From the NCBI GenBank assembly GCA_003345545.1, contig PRDH01000037.1, positions 1 to 64,000 of the forward strand: a DNA stretch of 64,000 nucleotides. Reading direction: 5' to 3'. The notes under the pieces are model-generated. The model did not search any database, was not told the origin of the DNA, and saw nothing but the letters and a program-made list of their open reading frames with translations. The translations under genes and the position numbers were made by a program. Source of the stretch: Candidatus Thorarchaeota archaeon. GTDB lineage: Archaea; Asgardarchaeota; Thorarchaeia; Thorarchaeales; Thorarchaeaceae. Below are positions 58,068 through 64,000 of this stretch, piece after piece. Position 1 is the first letter of the stretch, and each line of letters begins with the position of its first letter.

Positions 58068-59503
58068 TTAGCACCGTGCTCGACTCAAAGACGATAAAGA
58101 AGCTCTACAAACGCATGGTTTCCATAGTTGGACCGGAGAACGTACATCGACAGGAAACCGACAAAGTGCTCAATGCTCATGATGCATGGCCCCTCAGCGA
58201 GGCCAAGTTGCGAGCTGGAGAGATGCTTCCTCTCGCAGATCTCTTGGTCTTCCCATCATCTCGAGAAGAGGTAGCGGCTGTACTTGTGGCTGCGAACGAG
58301 CTGGAAATCCCTGTCACGCCTGTTGGGGGTGGCGCCGGAACATGCGGCGGGACATTGCCCATCTATGGAGGAATACAGCTTGATCTAAAGCGGATGTGCG
58401 AAATCTACGAGATTGACGACCAATCGATGACTATCAGAGCTCAGGCTGGAGTAGTAGGAATCGATCTCGAAGAACACGCAAATCGACACGGCTATACTCT
58501 GGGTCACACGCCCACCTCCCTAAGAGCATCGAATCTTGGTGGTTTCATTGCAACCCGCTCCGGAGGTTCTATGTCCTCTCTCTATGGGAAAATCGAGGAC
58601 CTGACCTTGGGCCTCGAGGTTGTACTACCCGATGGGTCAATCACAAAGTGCAAGGCTGCCCCAAGGCAGTCTGTGGGCCCCGATCTCCGCCAGCTCTTCA
58701 TAGGTTCAGAGGGAACCCTAGGAGTGATCACAGAGGCAACATTGCGGCTGTTCCCACTTCCTGAGGAACGGCGTTTCAGGAGTTTCACTTTTCCTAATGT
58801 TCACAGTGGTCTGGAAGCAATTCGTAACATCTTCAGAATTGGAATTACTCCATCCATTGCCAGGCTATATGATCCCGAAGATGCTGCAATGAGCTTCTCA
58901 ATGCATTTTGAATTCGAGGAAGGGCATTGCATGTTGCTCCTCGGCTTCGATGGTGATAAAGTTCGCGTTGATTTTGATGAAAGGAAGTCTGTTGATATCT
59001 GTGCTAAACTGGGTGGAACTGACTTAGGTGAAGGTCCATCCAAGAGATGGTGGGAGCATAGGTATGACATGTACTATCCAACTCGTTTGACAACGTCAGG
59101 CTATGCCATAGGTGACACCATCGACATTGTAGCAACCTACGACAAGCTTGAGAGAGTCTACGACTCGATGAAGAAAGCAATGGAGGCAGATGACGCCATA
59201 GTCATGTCCCACTTCTCCCATATGTACCAGAACGGTGGTAGCATCTACATGATCTTCTTCACCTCACAACCCAGCGCGGAGACCGCTTGGGCAACATACA
59301 AGAAGATCTGGGACGATGGTGTTGCGGCTTGTCTAAGAGAGGGTGGAACGATGAGCCACCAACACGGGGTGGGCCTCTCTCGAAGTACTTACACGGAAGA
59401 TGAGTTAGGGTCCTTATTCCCCGTGTTGAAGAAGATCAAGGAGGTTCTCGATCCTAAGGGGATAATGAATCCCGGAAAGCTTGGTCTGGGGGTGCGCAAG
59501 TGA
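58064..59503 (+). CDS. FAD-linked oxidoreductase, alkyl-DHAP synthase (AGPS)-like
   Basis: P.GGG, LGH.P.S...S.LGG.IATRSGG..S..YGKIED, GSEGTLGVITE, RLYD, SH.SH.Y..GGSIY, SHQHGVG, DP.GIMNPGK. Confidence 0.82.
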   Translation: MISTVLDSKTIKKLYKRMVSIVGPENVHRQETDKVLNAHDAWPLSEAKLRAGEMLPLADLLVFPSSREEVAAVLVAANELEIPVTPVGGGAGTCGGTLPIYGGIQLDLKRMCEIYEIDDQSMTIRAQAGVVGIDLEEHANRHGYTLGHTPTSLRASNLGGFIATRSGGSMSSLYGKIEDLTLGLEVVLPDGSITKCKAAPRQSVGPDLRQLFIGSEGTLGVITEATLRLFPLPEERRFRSFTFPNVHSGLEAIRNIFRIGITPSIARLYDPEDAAMSFSMHFEFEEGHCMLLLGFDGDKVRVDFDERKSVDICAKLGGTDLGEGPSKRWWEHRYDMYYPTRLTTSGYAIGDTIDIVATYDKLERVYDSMKKAMEADDAIVMSHFSHMYQNGGSIYMIFFTSQPSAETAWATYKKIWDDGVAACLREGGTMSHQHGVGLSRSTYTEDELGSLFPVLKKIKEVLDPKGIMNPGKLGLGVRK

Positions 59504-60636
59504 CTTTCGACGAAACCCTTGCTGAGCAGATTCGGCTGTGCGCAGCATGCCCAAAAATGTGCAGGCATGTTTGCCCGACGTTCTTTGCTTGGCGCTCGGA
59601 TTCCCCAACGCCCCACGGTAGAGCCCTTCTGATACACCAAGATCTAGTCGGCACACGTAAGATTGATGATCGTGGCATTGAAGTTCTCTATCAGTGTCTC
59701 GAGTGCAGTCATTGCCTAACATGGTGTAAGCCCGAGGTTGATATCGCATCTATTGTTGAGCAAAAGCGCAAGGAACTGGTGGCTGAAGGTCGACGCCCCG
59801 GAGGTCTGACTGAAATGGCTCAGGCCATTAAGGAATGTCATAATCCGTTCTCTGAACCCCATGAGTCGCGTAACAACTGGCTCTCTGCCAACGGGAAGAA
59901 GAAGGGGAAATCATTACTCTACTTTGTCGGTTGTACATCATCATATAGAGAGAAGGAGATAGCAGCGAACACCGTAGATCTCTTGGAGTCTCTGGGCTAC
60001 AGAGTCCTTGTTGCAGGCGGTTCGCAGGGTGAGTGGTGCTGTGGATCTCCGCTCTTCCGAACTGGTGATGTTGAACTTGGTATGGAACTTGCGCAGCACA
60101 ACACTGAGATGCTCAATAGGATGAATGCAGAAGAGATAATCGTGACATGTCCCGGTTGTTTCCGATCTCTGTCAAAAGACTACCCTGCCAACGGGCTCAT
60201 GATCAACAAGCGTGTTCGGCATATCAGCCAATTACTAAACGAGATAAAAGAGAGTCTTCCGGTCTTTGATTTTGAGGAGAAAATCACGTATCATGATCCA
60301 TGCCATCTTGGGAGACACTCGAAGATCTACGACGAACCAAGGAACGTCATCAATCGAGTTTCAGGCTCCAAGTTGGTCGAGATGGAACGAACCCGTGAGA
60401 ATGCCATGTGTTGTGGCAACGGTGCTGGACTGAGAACTCTCTTTCCAGAACATGCAAAGAAAATCGGCTCCGAACGAGTCCGCCAAGCGCAGTCTACTGG
60501 TGCAAGTATCCTAGTAACCTCTTGCCCATTCTGCAAGAACATGCTTGGCTCGCAGGCCGAAAACAGTCTGACAGTCTTGGACTTACCAGAGTTTGTCCTG
60601 ATGGCTATGAGAGGCCGCAAACTTAAGACACATTAG
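59500..60636 (+). CDS. Fe-S oxidoreductase subunit (HdrD/GlcF-like, CCG domains)
   Basis: CAACPKMCRHVCP, CLECSHC..WC, CCG, CPGC, YHDPCHLGR, CPFC. Confidence 0.88.
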   Translation: MTFDETLAEQIRLCAACPKMCRHVCPTFFAWRSDSPTPHGRALLIHQDLVGTRKIDDRGIEVLYQCLECSHCLTWCKPEVDIASIVEQKRKELVAEGRRPGGLTEMAQAIKECHNPFSEPHESRNNWLSANGKKKGKSLLYFVGCTSSYREKEIAANTVDLLESLGYRVLVAGGSQGEWCCGSPLFRTGDVELGMELAQHNTEMLNRMNAEEIIVTCPGCFRSLSKDYPANGLMINKRVRHISQLLNEIKESLPVFDFEEKITYHDPCHLGRHSKIYDEPRNVINRVSGSKLVEMERTRENAMCCGNGAGLRTLFPEHAKKIGSERVRQAQSTGASILVTSCPFCKNMLGSQAENSLTVLDLPEFVLMAMRGRKLKTH

Positions 60637-60659
60637 GATTTGCCTGTTACTGAGCGGGA

Positions 60660-61784
60660 ATGACCATGGATACCGAAGAAATGCTTCAGCTGAAGGTTCG
60701 ACTACTCACTGAGGGAGCTAGACTTCCAGAGGGTGAGTGGAAGGGACGAAGCGGCGGTGCAGGTCCCGTTGGAAGTCGTTATTTTCTCCTTCCAAATGGT
60801 CGCACCTGTGGTATCCCGATCAGAACTGGTAAGCAGGCTGATCTATTCGGATCAGCTAGTCTTGAGCCCACTGGCGACCCGAGCGTTTGGCTTTATGATG
60901 ATTCAATTCAGTTGATTGTAGTCCCTAAGCCGAAGTTCTATGATCTGAGGACCAAGGAAGGATTAGCCTACAGTAGTATCGCCCTTCTTCATGGAGATCG
61001 CACACTTGCGACGACGGTCTACCAGTCCTGTAGATATTGGTCAGATGGTTCCCAATGCAAGTTTTGTACAATACCTTTCTCCTATCTCTCTGGCGACACA
61101 GTGCTGGAGAAGGCTCCTGAGGACATTGTGGAGGTAGTCATTGCGGCGCAGAAGGAAGGACTCATTGATGACGTGCTCCTCACGACAGGTACTCCTGCTG
61201 CTCCTGACATGGGCTGTAAGAGGTTGATAGAAACAATAACGGCCATACATGGTGCAAGTGACATCCCAATTGCTGTTCAGTTTGAGCCTCCTGTTAGGCA
61301 CGCCATGATTCGGGAAGTAGCCAAAGCGGGAGCAGTTGCTGTGGGAATACATATTGAGAGTGCAGATGACTCAGTCCGTCAGGAGATGTGTCCAGGCAAA
61401 CATCAATTCGGTTCTCTCGATTTCTACAAGAAGAGCTGGCGATACGCTCTCAAGTACTTTAAACGAGGTCATGTCAGTACATTTGTTCTGCACGGTCTTG
61501 GTGAAGATGTCCAAGACACCTTGAACTTTGTTGATGAGCTCTCGAAACTTGGTGTGATGTCTGTGGTTGCTCCTGTACGGCCGTCGCGAGGAAGCCAGTT
61601 GGCGGACTACGTCCCTCCATACGTTGGGGATCTTGCTGGCTCGATTGACTTCTACAAGAACATCGGCAGGATTCTCTACACTCATGGCTTGAATCCAAAA
61701 GAAACAGCCGCAGGGTGCCACAAATGCGGTGGATGCACGCCTATCCAAGAAGCATATGACTGGGCAGCAGCACAGAAGTTATAG
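60660..61784 (+). CDS. Radical SAM protein, MSMEG_0568 (Nit1C NitD-like) family
   Basis: PKFYDL.T..G..Y..IALLHG...LATTV.Q.C-x8-CKFC, TTGTP...D.G, Q.EPP, G.H.E, GC.KCG.C. Confidence 0.8.
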   Translation: MTMDTEEMLQLKVRLLTEGARLPEGEWKGRSGGAGPVGSRYFLLPNGRTCGIPIRTGKQADLFGSASLEPTGDPSVWLYDDSIQLIVVPKPKFYDLRTKEGLAYSSIALLHGDRTLATTVYQSCRYWSDGSQCKFCTIPFSYLSGDTVLEKAPEDIVEVVIAAQKEGLIDDVLLTTGTPAAPDMGCKRLIETITAIHGASDIPIAVQFEPPVRHAMIREVAKAGAVAVGIHIESADDSVRQEMCPGKHQFGSLDFYKKSWRYALKYFKRGHVSTFVLHGLGEDVQDTLNFVDELSKLGVMSVVAPVRPSRGSQLADYVPPYVGDLAGSIDFYKNIGRILYTHGLNPKETAAGCHKCGGCTPIQEAYDWAAAQKL

Positions 61785-61804
61785 CACTGGACGGCTCTCT
61801 AGCG

Positions 61805-62305
61805 TTGATGAACACATCTGACTTGCCTGCTGAGGAGATTCGTGTGGTTGAGTTCGCAGAGGCGGACGCAGAAGAAATCTCAGAGTTGTTCAGACAAGTA
61901 TGGCCACTTGCTCTAGAGTATCCTATGCACTGGCGAAAGAAACGGATGTACGCCCCGGCGAAGATTATTCGAGAGATGAGATCCGGCTATCATTACTTCG
62001 GTAGTAGGCTTCAGGGGAAAATCGTGGGAGTCTACAAGGCTGTCATTACGGATAAAGGACTATATGGAGAACACCAGACTGTTCGTCCCGAATGTAGAAC
62101 TTCGGGCTTGGCCTCTGCGATGTATATTCAATTTGCAGAGTACGGCAGACAACATGGATGCCAAAGGAATTACTGCAATATTCTTGTTGGTCAGGAAGTC
62201 GGAGAACGTCTAATGAAGAAATTTGGATTCACTCCTTGGGGCAAGCCTTACGAACAAGCCAAAGGGATGCTAGTCCAGATGTACGAACGTCCTCTAGTTC
62301 CCTGA
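61805..62305 (+). CDS. GNAT-family acetyltransferase
   Basis: V.PE.R..GLAS.M motif A, L.KKFGF. Confidence 0.75.
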   Translation: MMNTSDLPAEEIRVVEFAEADAEEISELFRQVWPLALEYPMHWRKKRMYAPAKIIREMRSGYHYFGSRLQGKIVGVYKAVITDKGLYGEHQTVRPECRTSGLASAMYIQFAEYGRQHGCQRNYCNILVGQEVGERLMKKFGFTPWGKPYEQAKGMLVQMYERPLVP

Positions 62306-62378
62306 TCTACTCCAATTCCGAAAGACCTTTAGATAGCTCAGGAACCCAAACTATGTCAAACTACCCCGAGGATTCAAC

Positions 62379-64000
62379 ATGGAAGTCTTCCCAATTCTCG
62401 TAGATGGCGAAGAAGTGGACACAGGAAAGTACACAGTCTTTCCAGACATGGAGAAGGTGACTCAGGATCCAGGTCTCGGCATCGCGCTGCAAATGCTGAA
62501 CGCCTCATCACTCTCACGTTTCGTTTTCTCTAAGGTCCCCGGGTTGATACCCAGTAGTACTCCCGAGATGAGATTCCTCAAAGACTATCGAAGATATCAC
62601 GGTGTACCAAAGTACTCCAAGGATGAGATCGACAACGTGGTCTATACGAAGGTTTCATTGTCTCGTGAAGAGGATATTGAAAGAGCGATCACTGCAGGCA
62701 CACGAGATCATAAGAAGCTGTACAATCCCTTCAGGATTCCGGGCATGGGCGTGACTTTGGACGAGAGGGCAGACGCTCTGCATAACGCGAGTCTGGAGAT
62801 CAAGAAGAATTGGGATGCCATACGGGAGATATCTATCAAGGAAGGAATGCCTGTTGGTACCCTGAAATGGGCCTGGAACCTTGGGGCTTGGAGCGACTAC
62901 CGCAAATCTGTGGACGAATGGGGAAAACTGCTTGATGTAATTGAAGAACCTGGGCTTGATGGGGGAAGGTCATATCGCTTCCGTGAACCATACGGTGTGT
63001 CTGCATTGTTCACGCCATATAATGCTCCTATCGCTTTGGGTATCTTCAGCATCACCTCGTCCATTCTCGCAGGCAATTCAACGATTCTAAAGCCGCCGAA
63101 CAAGGTCCCTCTGAGCACGATTATCTTTGCCCGCATCTTCATGAAGAGCTTCCTTGAGAGCGGAATGCCATCATCAATACTGCAAATCCTTACAGGTGGA
63201 GGAAAAGAGATGATGGAGCGATTCGTTTCCGATCCTAGAGTCGGGGCAGTCGTCTGGTATGGTGACAGTGATGTTGGTTTGAAGCTCTGGTCCGATGCAG
63301 TAGGAAGACGAACTCAGATGGCTCCTGAGCTAGCGGGCAGTGATCCGTGTCTTGTCTGGGGAAAAGACGTAGATCTCCGAAAGGCTGCTGAGGTCATTAC
63401 AAAGGGGCGATTCCTCGGTAGTGGACAGGCATGTATGGCTATTAAACGATTGATTGTGCAAGACTCGTTGTACAGCGACCTGGTATCGTTACTAGTTGAA
63501 GAAGCCAAGAAGCTCAAGGTTGGTCTTCCATCCGACCCGACGGTATCACTTTCTCCCGTTGGCATCACAGCGCTTTATCTCCTGATAGATCAGATGAAGG
63601 ATGCTGTGGCAAAGGGGGCGAAGATTGAAACGGGCGGATATCGAGTCAACTATCTTGATGAGCCTGATCCTGCAGGATTGTTCTACAAGCCCACGATAGT
63701 CACCAATGTCAGCCTGGATATGCGTCTGATGACCGAAGAGGTATTTGCACCCGCACTGCCAGTATACCCCGTGAAGAGTGTCGATGAGGCGATTGCTGTG
63801 GCTAATCAATCGCGCTTTGGCCTCAGATCCAGCGTGATTACTGATGACATCAAGATTCGACAAAGGTGGATTAAGGAGGTTGAGACAGCAGGCGTTGGCA
63901 CTGGAGACGACCACCTGTATTACGACCCTTATATGCCACATCTCGGCGGATACAAGGATTCCGGGATCATCGGAGGAAAGTACTTCACAACCATGCTCTC
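62379..64000 (+). CDS. Aldehyde dehydrogenase, 3' truncated by window
   Basis: Hand translation from ATG 62379 (GAGGA RBS): REPYGVSALFTPYNAP, LAGNSTILKP, ELAGSDP, SGQAC (catalytic Cys), EEVFAP, AN.S.FGL. Not in ORF track. Confidence 0.9.
   Translation, partial: MEVFPILVDGEEVDTGKYTVFPDMEKVTQDPGLGIALQMLNASSLSRFVFSKVPGLIPSSTPEMRFLKDYRRYHGVPKYSKDEIDNVVYTKVSLSREEDIERAITAGTRDHKKLYNPFRIPGMGVTLDERADALHNASLEIKKNWDAIREISIKEGMPVGTLKWAWNLGAWSDYRKSVDEWGKLLDVIEEPGLDGGRSYRFREPYGVSALFTPYNAPIALGIFSITSSILAGNSTILKPPNKVPLSTIIFARIFMKSFLESGMPSSILQILTGGGKEMMERFVSDPRVGAVVWYGDSDVGLKLWSDAVGRRTQMAPELAGSDPCLVWGKDVDLRKAAEVITKGRFLGSGQACMAIKRLIVQDSLYSDLVSLLVEEAKKLKVGLPSDPTVSLSPVGITALYLLIDQMKDAVAKGAKIETGGYRVNYLDEPDPAGLFYKPTIVTNVSLDMRLMTEEVFAPALPVYPVKSVDEAIAVANQSRFGLRSSVITDDIKIRQRWIKEVETAGVGTGDDHLYYDPYMPHLGGYKDSGIIGGKYFTTML

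Noticed and set aside
1-64000. CRISPR arrays, rRNA/tRNA genes, transposases/integrases, Sec/Pyl read-through
   Set aside because: No regularly spaced repeats or recognisable RNA/mobile genes seen; the TGA/TAG stops I examined end complete domains. Visual scan only, so short elements could be missed.

Overview
Gene-dense archaeal chromosomal window, most consistent with an Asgard archaeon (Thorarchaeota-like). This is inferred from GGTGA/GGAGG ribosome-binding sites, proteasome alpha, archaeal DTD2, MtrH, thiolase/DUF35 and several eukaryote-like proteins. I found no CRISPR array, rRNA, tRNA or transposase. The left part (0.3-8 kb) is a probable minus-strand operon: a beta-propeller/winged-helix protein, two alpha2delta-like dCache-HAMP membrane receptors (one with cytoplasmic TPR+VWA, one with no output domain) and a biosynthetic arginine decarboxylase. 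An HDAC-family deacetylase sits divergent from it. This is the best candidate for an undescribed amine/polyamine sensing system. The middle contains a corrinoid/RACo/MtrH methyl-transfer module, housekeeping genes, a tandem beta-carbonic-anhydrase-like protein, coiled-coil proteins including a 1297-aa TrmB split by ~1100 aa of helix, a CIA2/MIP18-like protein, a pseudo-GTPase with an acidic disordered neighbour, two novel 7-Cys paralogs, and an unlisted 46-aa CdrS/aCcr1-like RHH gene with an AGTAATACT palindrome. The right part (38-64 kb) is a lipid/glycerol catabolic region: ADP-forming acetyl-CoA synthetase, beta-oxidation genes, SCP2, FGGY kinase, glpABC, an AGPS-like flavoprotein, an MSMEG_0568-type radical SAM with a GNAT, and an ALDH. 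It also holds a ~104-nt candidate structured RNA at 41209-41312. All calls come from motif reading by eye; no database searches were run.
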